A stretch of DNA of 64,000 nucleotides from the NCBI RefSeq assembly GCF_009914755.1, contig NC_060939.1. The stretch is one strand, 5' to 3'. Source of the DNA: the human T2T-CHM13v2.0 reference genome, Homo sapiens. Under the pieces are notes generated by a model. That model searched no databases. It was not told the DNA's origin and saw nothing but the letters and a program-made list of their open reading frames with translations. Position numbers and translations under genes: made by a program. Of the stretch, positions 1 to 12,411 are shown piece after piece. The stretch's first letter is position 1. The number at the start of each line of letters is the position of its first letter.

Positions 1-280
1 AGTGGCTCATGCCTGTAATCCTAGCACTTTGGGAGCCCGCGGCAGGAGGATTCTTAAGGTCAGGAGTTTGAGGCCAGCCTAGGAAACTTAGACCCCATCT
101 CTCCAAAAAGTAAAACAAACTAGCCAGGTATGGTGGCACAGACCTGTGGTCCCAGCTACTCAGGAGGCTGAGGTGAGAGGATCACTTGAGCCAGCAAGGT
201 TGAGGTTGCCATGAGCCATGATTGTGCCACTGTATTTCCTGTCTGGGCAGCAGAGCAAGACCTTGTCTCAAAAGAAAAGA
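1..280 (+). mobile_element. Alu SINE (AluJ-like), 5' end cut by the window edge
   Basis: Alu left arm (gtggctcatgcctgtaatcctagcactttggga), right arm (ggtcccagctactcaggaggctgagg...gagcaagaccttgtctc) and A-rich tail; J-type features such as 'ggatcacttgagcc'. Confidence 0.9.
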
Positions 281-362
281 GGAAGGAAGGAAGGAATGAA
301 GGAAGGGAGGGAGGGAGGGAGTAAGGGAGTGAGGGAGGGGAGGGGAGGAAAGAAGGAAAGAA
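281..362. repeat. Polypurine (GGAA)n/(GGGA)n simple repeat continuing the Alu tail
   Basis: ggaaggaaggaaggaa...gggagggaggggg..., almost purely A/G. Confidence 0.9.
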
Positions 363-773
363 ATGTATTCTTTCACAATTCTAGAGGCTAGAAGTCCAAA
401 ATCTGTTTCACTGGGCCAAAACCAAAGTGTTGGGGGGACTGGCTCCTGCCATAGACTCCAGGGGCATATCCATTCCTGGCCTCTTCCAGCTTTTGGTGAC
501 CACGGTCATCCCTTGGCTTGTGGCCACATCACTCCAATCTGCCTCTGTGGTCACATGGCCTTCTCCTCCCTTGCAGTCAAATCTCCCTCTGCCTCCCTCT
601 TATATGGACACTAGTGATTGCATTCAGGGCCCACCCAGGTGATCCAGAATCATCTCCCCAGCTCAAGATACTTAACCACCACTCTGCAAAGACATTTTCC
701 ACGTAAGGTAGATTTCACAGGTTCCAGGGTTGCGGGCCTGGATATCATTGAAAGCCACTGTTTTGCCTGCCAC
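363..773 (-). mobile_element. MaLR LTR, MLT1D-like
   Basis: Reverse complement begins tgtggcaggcaaaacagtggc...cctggaacctgtgaaatctaccttacgtgg, matching the MLT1D 5' end; its 3' part is interrupted by the Alu and purine tract. Confidence 0.8.
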
Positions 774-779
774 AGATAC

Positions 780-2225
780 CTGCTCAACACCGCATCCCAG
801 ACAACTAACGGGCACATCAAACTTCACATGACCACAGCTGAGTGCCTCATTTCACCCCAGCTGATTTTGCTGACTTCCCCTCTCAGATCAGATAGGTTAC
901 TCCCATCTTTCCAGCTGCCCAAGCCAAAAACTGTGGGGCCAATTCTTTCTCTCATCCTGCAGCAGATCCACCATCAGCAAAGCCTGTTTGTTGAACTTTC
1001 AAAATCTATCCAGAATCAACCACTTCTCACCACTCCACGGCCACCAGCACAGACCAAGCCACCATCTCCCTCCGGGATTATTTCAACAGCCTCCCCCTAG
1101 GGCTTCCTACTTCTGTCCTGCCTCCCACAGTGTCCTCCACATAGCAGCCAGAGGAATCCTTAAAACCCAAGTCATGGCATGTCACTCCTTTGCTAAAACC
1201 CTGCGGTGACTCCAGTCTCACTCAGAGCAAAAGCCAAAGCCCTGAGAGCGATCTCCAAGTTCTGGACCCATCTGCTCCTTGACAACAATTCCTCCCCTCT
1301 CTTACCACTCACGCCCACCGCCTTCTCCACCCATTCTGGCCTCCTCCTTCTCCCCTGGCTGCTCCTCACACAGGCCAGGCACACGCCCACCTGGATGCCC
1401 CTGTTTCCTCTGCTTTGAATGGTCTCCCCAGGCTTCCATATGGCTCCCTGACCTCAACACCCCACTTTACCTAAAAGTCTCCTTCTCAGAGAGGCACCCC
1501 CACTGCTGACATTTCCTTTCCCCACTTCTCCTTGTATTTGTTTCTCCTTGACATGATCACTACCTAACACAGTACATATTTTGCTTATTTATCTTGTTTA
1601 ATATCTCTCTCCCCCACTACAGCAGTCCCCAACCTTTCTGGCACCAGGGACCAGTTTCGTGGAAGACAATTTTTCCACAGCCCAGGGTTGGGGAGATGGT
1701 TTTGGGATGATTCAAGTGCATTACATTTATTGTGCACTTGATTTCTATTATTATTACATTGTCATATATAATGAAATAATTATACAACTCACCATAATGT
1801 AGAATCAATGGGAGCTTTGAGCTTTTTTTCCTGCAACTAGATTGTCCCATCTGGGGATGATGGGAGACAGTCACAGATCATCAGGCATTAGATTCTCATA
1901 AGGAGAGTGCAACCTAGATCCCTCACATGCGCAGTTCACAATAGGGTTCTCGCTCCTATGAAAATCTAAAGGCTCCACTGATCTTATGGGGGCGGAGCTC
2001 AGGCTGTAATGCAAGCTATGGGGAGTAGCTGTAAGGACAGATGAAGCTTCACTCGCTCACTGCTGCTCATCTCCTGCTGTGTGGCCCAGTTCCTAACAGG
2101 GCCGGTCCCCCGGGGGTTGTGGACCCCAGCCCTACTGGAAAGCAAGCTCCATGATGACAGCCTCCCAGATCCTAAAACAGTGCCTGGACTAGGAGGTGCT
2201 CGATAATATTCACCCATCCATTCAC
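780..2225 (+). mobile_element. LINE-2 fragment (L2a-like) interrupted by MER1A
   Basis: L2 motifs (catcaaacttcacatg, caaaatctatccagaatc, gcagccagaggaatcctt); the L2 3' end resumes after 2130 (aagctccatga...aacagtgcctgg). Confidence 0.7.
1620..2129 (-). mobile_element. MER1A (hAT-Charlie non-autonomous DNA transposon), near full length
   Basis: TIR-like ends cagcagtccccaacc...ggttgtggaccccag; internal MER1A motifs; degenerate 8-bp TSD ccccacta (1612-1619) / ccctactg (2130-2137). Confidence 0.9.
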
Positions 2226-2943
2226 CCTGTAGGCTAGCATGGAGCCAGGCACCAGGAGGATACTGGAACCCAGTGGTGAGCCAGACACCGCCCCTGATAA
2301 GGACCATCCAGGGTCTTACACACAGTGACGGGGAAGCCCAGAGTGCCACAGAAGCTCAGAGGAGGGAGAGATCAACTCAGCCCAGGGGGCTGGGGACAGC
2401 CATGCTAAGGAGGGCTTTACAGGATAAGTAGGAGTTCACTGGCTTGAAGAGACAGCTTCGCAGCTGGCAGGTGGAATGGCAGGTATGAACACCAAGAACA
2501 AAATAGTAGAATGTGTTCTTGACACAGGGGAGGGTATAAGAAGTGAGGCCAGTGGGCTGGGCAGGAAGTACTTGAGGGCCTTGGAGAGCAGGCCAGGGGA
2601 GTTGAGCTTCTCTCCATGGACAATGGTGGGCCACTGAAAGGGAGAACATGGCAGGCGTGTGGGTCTGAAGGCTCCCCACTCAGATGGCCAACACGCAGCC
2701 TAGGCATGGGGAGAGGCTGGGGTACAGGGCCCACCTATCATACACCAAGGTAAGGGGTTGGAAATGCCCCCAAGTGCAGCCTTATCTGGGAAGCAGCTCA
2801 AGCTACAGTGTCATTATGGAGTGTCTAGTATGCCCAGGCCTGTGCTGGGAGGAGACCTTGCGGAATATTAAACCAAATAGTTTGCAACACAATGCCAGCC
2901 TGTGTGGATGCAATATCGTCAGAGGACAGGAGTGCAGGGGTGG

Positions 2944-3307
2944 CATTATGGACTAAACTCTGTCCTGGCAAATTTATACATCCAGGTCCTAACCCCCAGT
3001 GAGACTGTATTTGGAGTAAGGAGGTAATTAAGGTTAAATGAGGTCACAAGGATGGAGCCCCAATCTGAGAAGATTAGTGTCCTTATAAGAAGAGGTACCA
3101 CATAACACTTGCTCTCCTCCCCCCACCCCCACCATGTGAGGACACAGCAAGAAGGTGGCCATAGGCAAGCCAGGAAGAGAGCCCTCCCTCTGACCCCGAC
3201 CATGCCGGCACCCTGATCTCAGACTTCCAGCCTCCAGAACTGGGCTTGTGTGGTTCAAGACCCTGAGTCTTGGTATGCTATTGTCACAGCCCGCATGGAC
3301 TAAGATA
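2944..3307 (+). mobile_element. MaLR solo LTR, MLT1A/MLT1B-like
   Basis: cctaacccccagtgagactgtatttggag...ccatgtgaggacacagcaagaaggtggcc...cagacttccagcctccagaact...gactaagata. Confidence 0.8.
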
Positions 3308-4024
3308 GATGAAGAAGTCAAGGAGAGCTTCCTGAAGGAGATGAGGTTTTGGGCTGTCATAGCAGAGAAGACAAGCCTGGGCTGACTGTACCTTGGACAC
3401 CGCAGACCTGGCCAAGGCCCATCCTTCAGCCAGCCCGCAAATCCTCAGTGATTTCTTTGAGATTTAATTTCTCTGCTGAGGAGCACAGGGACAGTCCCCA
3501 GATTGATGGAACTTTTCATCTTGCGTAAAGTCCAGCCGGTTCCCTGAAGGCATGGGTAGGGGGCTGGAATTTCTGGCTCCTGAGCACTGGATTCCAGTTT
3601 TCCTCTTCTGCCTCCAGCAAAGGTAACTCAGCCAGGCCGGAGCCAGCCAGGAATCAATGTGCAAAAGCCTCCCTCTCACCCAGCTCCCACGCCGAAGGAG
3701 GCTGCTTGGAAGTGGGGATCTGAGCTGGGCTCTGAATGGCAGCAGTGATCAGGAATGCAGTGAGAAGCTCTATAAATAAATATACATTTTCATAAGACAT
3801 GTTTAATTAAAGTGGATTAAAATTAATTTGCTTTAAGAAAATTAGAAGTGCCCTAGAGGATTTCAGAAGCAGGCCAAGAGTCCCTGAATCTAAAGGCTCC
3901 TTAGAAGGCTTGGGGGTGGGAGGCCCCCCAGTCGCTGCACGTGGTGCCTCAGAAGGAAGCAGCTCACATCTACATCACACTCCGCACTCCGTACACCACC
4001 AGGCGTGTTCACATGGAGATGGCA

Positions 4025-4100
4025 GGTGTGATCAGCCCCATGTTTGCCAGGCAGAAACTGAAGCTCAGAGGGGGTAGTGACTTGCCCAAGGTCACACAGT
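4025..4100 (-). mobile_element. MIR SINE core
   Basis: gaaactgaagctcagagggggtagtgacttgcccaaggtcacacag is the reverse MIR core. Confidence 0.7.
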
Positions 4101-4555
4101 GGTCTGTGGCAGGCCCAGTGGGGAGCTGCCGGTGTTTTCTGCCAGTCCTGGACATTTCATTCATGCTTCGCACACCGAAAGCCTCTCTCGCCCTCAGGGC
4201 CCCCGGCCAGAGCTGCTGCCTCCCAGGTTCCTCCCATCTGCAAAATGGTAGCCCTGGAGCTGTGACAATCTGGCTCCTCAGAGGCCCCGCATGGGAAGGC
4301 AGAGGGAAGCAGCCTGGGGGTTGGGGACAGGAGCCAGAAAGGGAAAGGACCCGAAATCAACAAGCGTTCCAGAATTTTAAGCAGTTTTTGGAGGAAAACG
4401 AGGAGCAGGTTCAGCTGTAGCAATTTGCTCCTGGGGAAAATTATGTTCCCGTGCTCTATTATACAGAACAGAAGGAACATTTGGTGGGTTGAATACTTGT
4501 TAATTTATTTCTCTGTTTGTTAATGGGCTCCACACGATGCTCAAGTGTGCGCACG

Positions 4556-4558
<3 letters not shown>

Positions 4559-4586
<28 letters not shown>
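4559..4586. repeat. (CA)n microsatellite
   Basis: About 13-14 uninterrupted AC units. Confidence 0.95.
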
Positions 4587-4590
<4 letters not shown>

Positions 4591-7500
4591 CCGCATACAC
4601 ATGTGCGTCAGCAGGAGGTGGCTCTAGGCTCCCACTCCCCGAGTTTTCCTGCCACCTTCCTATCAGGCACCACTCAGGGTCTTGCTTTCTCCGCTCCACG
4701 CAGGGATCTGAAAGAAGGCCACGTGCAGTCTAAAGACTGCGGTGAGCCCCTCAGTGTCCTCATCTGAAAAATGGGCTGGCAATGAGATGACCCACATATT
4801 AGGGCAAAGCCTTTGACCTTGGACCAGAAGTGAGAAGGTCCCCGATGCTGACCGAAGGCCCGATGCTCCACTTGCTTGGCTTACTGGCTCCTCAAACCCG
4901 GCAAGTCCAAACCAGGATGCCTGCACCTCCACCTGCGCCATATTCCCCATCTCAGAAAACGGTGCCACTTGGGCCAAATTGAACCCGCCCCGACCAGGAC
5001 TCTCAGCCTTCCCACCCCATAGCCACTCTCCAACCCCTTCCCCAGCCACCCACTCTTCGCCATCTGCACCCCCACCCTGTGGCCACGACTCCACCTCTCT
5101 CCTGGGTCCCTGCACCCACCTCCCCTCAAGGGTCCCTGCTCTCCCTGCCACAGCCTCTAATCCATTCTCTCCACCCAGAGGCCAGAAAGGAATTTGGAAA
5201 GCACAAATCAGGCCCTGTCACTCACTGGCTTAATCCCCTCCAGAGCACCCCCCTGCTCCTCAGCAGGGCGGCTAAGGCTGTTTCCCACCCCTGTCCCCGC
5301 TCTCTCCCTCACTCCCCACCCACCAGCCACACTGTCTTCCTCCTGGTCTCCAGACACAGCCAGCTACTTCCCACCTCCCAGCCTTTGCCTTGACATTCAG
5401 CCCCTTCAGCCTCAAAGTCACCTCTTCAGAGAGGCCTGCCTGGATGCCCATCGCCTGGATGCCCATCGGAGCTGCTCATTCAGCCCCAGCCACTCCCTAT
5501 TCCACGGCCCTGTCGTTTCCCTCCCGAGCTCAGCACAGTCTGAGGTTACCCAAATTACCTGTTTGCCATGCTGTCACTCCCTCAAGATGGGAAGCTACCT
5601 GAGGGGAGGAGCAGTGTGCATAACGTTCTAGCTGCTGGGGATACAGTGCTTCATAGGTGTTTCATCAAGTGATGAGCGGGTGAATGAAGGTGTGAATGAA
5701 AGGGCAGGCTGGCTCCAAGCCAGACGGGAGAGGTGAGAAGGATCAGGGTCCCTGCTCCCAAAGTCTCCTGCCCCTACCTTGGTAGGGCCTCAGCACCTCT
5801 TCTGCTCAGGAAAGGGAGCAGGTGGGGCTGACATTCATGGAACAGAATCTATAATCAGGGCCCTTTTCTCTAAACAACTTCATGAAGCAGCTACAAGGAA
5901 GCAGAGAGAACCAGGCTTCACCTCTCTGAGCCCGGTTTCTTCGTCCATTTAATGGGGATAATCCCAGGTCCCAACCTCTAGGACGGCTGTGTGGATAGAT
6001 GAGACTGTATCTCAAAACCGTGAGATGCTGCTGCTGCTGCTAAAACGAATCCCATGTCTTATAGAGGAAGAAGCTGGAGAGATTGTGGGAGTTGCCTGGA
6101 GTCCCAGAGTCAGAAAGCAGGGAAGCTAGACCCAAATCCAGGCTCGCCTGACTCAGGAGCCAGTGCTTTTTTTCCTCGGTGCTGGACCCACTCCAGCCGG
6201 GAGTGGGAGGTGGGATACAGGAAGCCTTTCTCCGTTTGCACCTCAGTGGTGTTCATTTATGTTCCTGGGCGCAGACTGACTTTGCCTCGCCTTTCCTCCA
6301 GGTTTGGCACAGAGACATTAGGAAGCTGGGAGGGCTGGCCAGGGAGGACGGTGCTGCGCCCACCCCACTCATCCCCGAGGCAAGGGAGCTGGGGAGGAGG
6401 CAGCTGCCCAAGCCTGGGACAGGTAAACTGAGGCATGCTGAGAGACAATCTGTCAGGACCCTCCTTTGGGTGGTCTGAGGTGGGGGGACTGGCAGGCCGG
6501 GGTCTCCGGGAGGTCCCAAAAGGAAGAGTTGGTTCGCATAGCAGAAGAGGAAGAATTGGCCTCCAGCCAGCACCTTCCCCACCCTAGCCAAAGGCACAGA
6601 GCCAGCAGGAGAGAGCAGAACTCAGAAGGCCATGGGGCTCTAAGGACACACGCAGGGCCCACTCAGTCCCACTCAGGCCAGCTTGTGAGGTTGGAAGGTT
6701 GTCACTGAAGGCCAAGAGGCTTACAGGTAAGGCTGCCCTAGCAGAGACCCTGCCCAGCAAGCGGCTGATGAGGGATCGTGCTGCAGGCAGCAAAGGTAGC
6801 TTCCCTTTGCAGCCAGTGCACATTAAGAATTATTCCTCCTGTGAGCAAACAATTTGTTACAATATCCACTGCGCACTTTTCCCGGCTGGGTGCCCTCCCA
6901 TACATCCTGAATTAATCCCTGAAGTCACTCCATTCATTTAGGACATGCCTGAGTGTGCCTCTCCTTTTATTAGGGAAATTTTTCATTGTTTTGAGGAGCT
7001 CATAGGTTTTAATTTGGAGCTGAGATTTTAAAGCCTCTCTCGGTGGCTCAGAGGCATGAGTAGTCTTACACCTGGGAAGGTCCCCTGGGTTCTTAGACCT
7101 GGTAGGGCTTGGCTGGGGCCACCAGACCCCAGGGAGAAGGGATCATGGCACATGCCCTCCAGGGAGCCAGGTACTGCAGACCCCAGCGCTGTGTGGCATT
7201 GGATCACTCCCTTGACCTCTCTGAGCCTCCCTAAGAGAGGCAAAGCCAAGGAAGACTGCATACTTGGGTATAGCTCTTCCAAGCCTGCCCAGGGAAGTCC
7301 GGGGTCATCACCTCTAAAATCCACAGCCCTGGGGAGTAGCATGGGGCCACTGAAAAAGCATGATGTGTGGAGTTCGATTTGAAACACGGCCAGGGCAGGC
7401 CAGTCATTTGCCTCTCCCAGTTTCCAGCTCCTTAGAATGAGTCTAAGAGCCGGCGCCCTCTCCAGGCTGTCATGCAAATTACACAAACCCAAGTTGGGAG

Positions 7501-8349
7501 TGAGTCTGACTCAGGGCCTGGCACACAGTGGGTGCTCCACCAAGGGTGAGCCTCCCAGCCCTCTCAGCCCACTGCAGACCCCTCCCACATCTCCCTCTCT
7601 TGGCCCTCAAGCAGCCAGAGCCCCTAGTTCACACATTTTGGCTGAAGGCGGCCCGCAGGCTGATCTCCACAGGTGGGGTCCTGCCAGTTTGGGCAGCAGC
7701 CACCAGCCTCTTCCCAGGCCTTACACAGGCCCTTGCACTTCCCAACTGAGGCCCTGGAGCGTGGGCAGTCCTGTCCACAGACCCTATGCTAAATCCTGCC
7801 CCTCCCTGCAACCCCCAGGTAAGGCTGTGTCCCAGGACCGTGGCTGCATGTTTGCTGTCCCCCTGCCCTTAGTCAGGAGACAGTGGTCCCACCCCCAACT
7901 CCTGGTCCTCTACCCCGACCAGGGCTCCAGGGCTGGGACCTCTCAGGGCTCTGACCCCCAGCCCCCAGCAGCTCTCAGACAGCTCATGCCCTGTCCTGGG
8001 CTTGCTCCTCCTGCCTGATCTTTGTTCACACTATTCCCAACCACACGTGCTCTCTGTCACTCTCTCCCACCCCCAGCTTCCCCAAATCCTCCCGAGCTCT
8101 AAGGACCAGACACCTCCAGGAAGCCCTCCCTGACTTCCCCAGCTTTTATCTCCTTCCCTTTCCTGAGGCTCACAGCATTTCTCCTTGATCCCTCTAACTT
8201 CATGTTGCTATCCAGAGGCAAGGACCATGTCACCTACTCATGATGTGGCGGCCAACCCCAGGCAAATCCCACTGTGTACCTAGGGAGGACAGGCTCATTC
8301 AGTGAGGCGGGGGAAGGGCACAGAGAACTCCCACTGAGGGAGTACAACG

Positions 8350-8690
8350 CCTCCGTGAGGTAGGTATCATTATGTCCATTGTGCATATGGGAGAAACTGA
8401 GACTAGGAGAAATGAATCACTTGCAAGAAGCAAGCAGGGCTGAGACAGGAACCAGCACCACCAAACAGTGCCGTTAAGACACAGCCCACAAATCCAGGTT
8501 CCACATGCAAGACCCACCAGCCCTGGGCCCAGCAGGTTCACCTGTGCCATCCCAACTGATCCTCACCACCCCTCAGGGAGGTTACTGTGCCACTTGGGAG
8601 GAAAAAGAGGTCCAGAGAGCCTGAGTCACTTGCTCAAGGCCACCCAGTAAGTGGCAGGGCTGGGACTTGAATCCAAATTATTTCAGCTCC
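8350..8690 (-). mobile_element. MIR fragments (two)
   Basis: gaggtaggtatcattatgtccattgtgcatatgggagaaactgagact... and ...gtcacttgctcaaggccacccagtaagtggcagggctgggacttgaatcc. Confidence 0.65.
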
Positions 8691-10639
8691 CACTTGGTCA
8701 GGGCAGCCAATCAGGACACCTCACCTCATCCCGCCCACCACCCCTGGGATCTGCAGGACCCATTCTCCCCTCCCTGGTGGCCCAGACTGCTGGATGGTCC
8801 CCAACCCCAGGCCTCTGGGGAGTGCCTGCGTGGCTATTTGACCTTTCAGAGGGGCCGGGCTCCTACAGTTCTGGATATTTACACAGACGGCCTCGGCTGC
8901 GATGGCGCCTGGAAAGTAGGCCATGCAGAGGAGGGAGGGGATGGCAGGTATGGGCTACAAACACTCCCGCCGCCCTCCATGCCGCCTGGACAGAGGAGCC
9001 ACCCGTGGCACCATCTCCTCGAATGACCTTGGCAACTACTGGGGCAGCCTGTACTGGGGCAGAGTCAAAGCCTGGGCTGGCCACTGAGGGGAGGGGCTTG
9101 GCCAATGTCTCCAGTTCTTCTTTGCTTAGTGACCTGGAGGGCCCTGGAGGACAGAGGATGACAAGTCCTTTCAGCAAGAACCCCTCTCTGCATAAAGGGT
9201 CACCTCACTTCACAAAGCCTCTGCTTCCTCTTCTATAAGAAGGGTGGTGGTAGCTGCCTCTCAGCTGCTGTGAAGATGGGAAGCACCCAGCCAGGCCTGG
9301 CACTTTCAGGGCACTCTGCACACTGGTCAGCCCCGCAGGACCTGAGGCTGAGCCTCTCGTGGGACACCCGCAGACACTCAGCTCCAACTGGGACAGACCC
9401 AAGAGTCTCCCAGGAAACCAGCTGGATCACACTGGGTGGGGGTGCCTGGCTGAAAGGCAGGTAGACACACCCAACAAACAGCAACAAAACCACCCCTGTG
9501 AGAGCACAGCATAGCAGGTGTGGCATGGGCACCAGGGAGCTGGGATCTCAGAAGCCAAAAGGACGCCGCCCCCATCCAGAGCGCACGGTCGGGCCTGCGT
9601 CCACTGCCGCATACCATCCTTAGCAAATCCCAATTCGCCTCTCCCACCTGCCCCCTCCTCTACCCTGGCTTGAGGCGAAGAGCCAGAGGAGCCTGGCAGG
9701 GTGCTCCCAGGATAGCTGAGTGTTAGGAAGTGGTCAGGCACTGATAAAACCGAGAGCCAAGCAGGACAAGAAACACAGCTGCAGGGAGCCTCCGGGAAGT
9801 GTGCAGAGGCTAAGCACAGGGTGTGGGCCAGAAGGACACAGGGGTCCCGGTGGAGGGTTCCCACGCATGCGGCTCAGGCTGGGGACTGGAGGGGGCTTCA
9901 GGGCTGTGGGGGGTGGGGGTGGGAACAGTCCCCTCCTCTTTGCCCTCCCCATGCCAACCTCCCTGCCAACCGCTGAGCGGAAAAGCGTTCCACTCCTTTG
10001 CCACCCCATCCCACACGAGGCCGGTGTGCCCATCTTCAGCGTCCCCACCTCCTTGCCGGCAGTTTAGGCTCCACTCCAACCCCAGCTCAGCCTTTTTATT
10101 ATTCAGAAGAGCCTCTTGATTGAAAAGGCCTCTAAGGCATCTCACAAATAAGAATCCTTTAATTGGGAAGTTGTTAACTTCTCAAAGAGGAATTTTAATT
10201 TTGCTTCCTCACCATCTCCTCTCCCCAGAACCTGCAGACTAAATGCAAAGGCTAACAAAGCCAAGCACCAGGCAACAGCTGCCAACCTCCCGAGACGTGG
10301 AGCTGTCCAGGGGCAGAGACAGGAGAGGCAGCCTCGTGCCACCGCATAGAACCCCGGAGCCACACAGACCCCTGGAGCCCCACCAACTGTGAGAAGGCTC
10401 CTGCCTCTCCCCGTGGGCATGCCTGCTCCATACCCCTCCTTACCACCCCAACCCACAGCGAGACACCTGGAGTGGAGGACGGCAGGTAGCTCAAAGATGA
10501 AGGCGATGATAGCCCCGCCCTGCCCTGCCTGGGCCACCATGTTTGTCGGGTTCTCAGAGCCTAAATTCAATGATTCAGTGATTGCCCCCTATAACCCCCT
10601 CTGCGGCCCTCTATCATACTCCCCTGGATGGGCCACTCA

Positions 10640-10860
10640 TATTTATCAGGCATTTACTATGTGCCAGACATGGCTCTAAGCCCTTTACATGCCTCAACCT
10701 ACTTTATCCACGCAAGGTAGACGTTCTCATTATTCCCAGTTGGCTGACGAAGAGACTGAGACCCAAAGGCCTTAGGGAAATTGTCTAAATTCACACCACT
10801 GATGCGTGGCAGAGCTGCGACTGAGTCCCGGGAGTCTGGCTCCAGAGTGGTCATAACTTC
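10640..10860 (-). mobile_element. MIR SINE
   Basis: atttatcaggcatttactatgtgccagaca...gaagagactgagaccc...gtggcagagctg...gtctggctccagag. Confidence 0.7.
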
Positions 10861-11693
10861 AACTACCACCTACACCTGCTGCCCCACCCATGGCCTCGGC
10901 ACTCCTTGAGGGCCAGGACCAGGACCACCTCTGTGTCCCTGGAGACAGCACAGAGTCTAGCATGCAGCTGAGCTTAATAACTATTTGCAAAGTGAATACA
11001 TGAAAAAAGAACAAAAACAAAGCACCTTCTTATTCATTCTCTCCTGTGAGCCTAACCATAGGCCTGTGACAAAAACAGGCAGGCAGACTAGTCCCCAGTT
11101 CAGTCCGGTAGACCAAGGCCCAGAAGTCGAAGCCACTACCTGAGGGCACCCTGCTAAGAGGCGGCAGAGCTCAGGGGTTCTTCCTCCTAACCCAGTGATG
11201 GGAACCTGCCTTTCACCCAAAGGATACGGGGATTGGATCACGACAAGTACACACCATGTACCATGTTCCTGGGCCCCGATTAACATCCCAGGCTGAAACT
11301 GGTCTCAGGGAAGCCCTGGTCCTGGCCATGAGGTAGGAACCTCCTCTCCATGTCCCTGACAGCTTGGGGCGGCCTCGATACTCCTCCTGTGCACCCCACG
11401 GCATGAGATGCTCACCACCGCCAAGGCTGCCAGTGGACAGTTCACTGCTGTGAAAATCATAGCTCTAGTCGCCTGCTGTTAGGGATTGAATTGTGTGCCT
11501 CCAAAGATGACATGCTTAAATTCTAACCCCCAATACCTCAGTATGTGATCTTATTTGGAAATTGGGCCATTTGAGATATAATTAGCTAATTAGGAAGAGG
11601 TCATACTGGAGTATGGCGGCCCCTTAATCCAATACGACTATTGTGCCCATAAGAAGGAGGCATTTGGAGATACGGTCTAAATTGTTAAATACT

Positions 11694-11965
<272 letters not shown>

Positions 11966-12111
11966 TAAATAGTTAAATATTGTATGGAGAACAATTTGGC
12001 AATGTGGCCATGTAAAGAGACACGGGGTAGCCATCTACAAGCCAAGGAGAGAGGCCTGAAACAGATCATCCTTCACAGCCTTTGGAGGCAACCAGCCCTG
12101 CTGACACCTTG

Positions 12112-12411
12112 GGGTTTGGGGATTTGGGGCTTTGGGGTTTTTTTGAGACAGGGAATTGCTCTTCACCCAGGCTGGAGTACAGTGGCTCAATCATAGCTCA
12201 TTGCAGCCTCAGCCTCTCAGGCTCAAGCAGCCTCCCAAGTAGCTGGGACCACAGGTGTGTGCCACCACGACCAGCTATTTTTTTTATCTTTTGTAAAGAC
12301 CATGTCTCGCCATGTTGCCCAGGCTGGTCTCAAACTCCTGGGCTCAAGCGATCCTCCTGTCTCAACCTCCTAAAGTGCTAGGATTACAGGCATGAGCCAC
12401 AGTGCCCAGCC
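12112..12411 (-). mobile_element. AluJ
   Basis: Reverse Alu with ctcctgggctcaagcgatcctcc; TSD cctgctgacaccttg (12097-12111) / cctgccgacaccttg (12412-12426). Confidence 0.9.
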
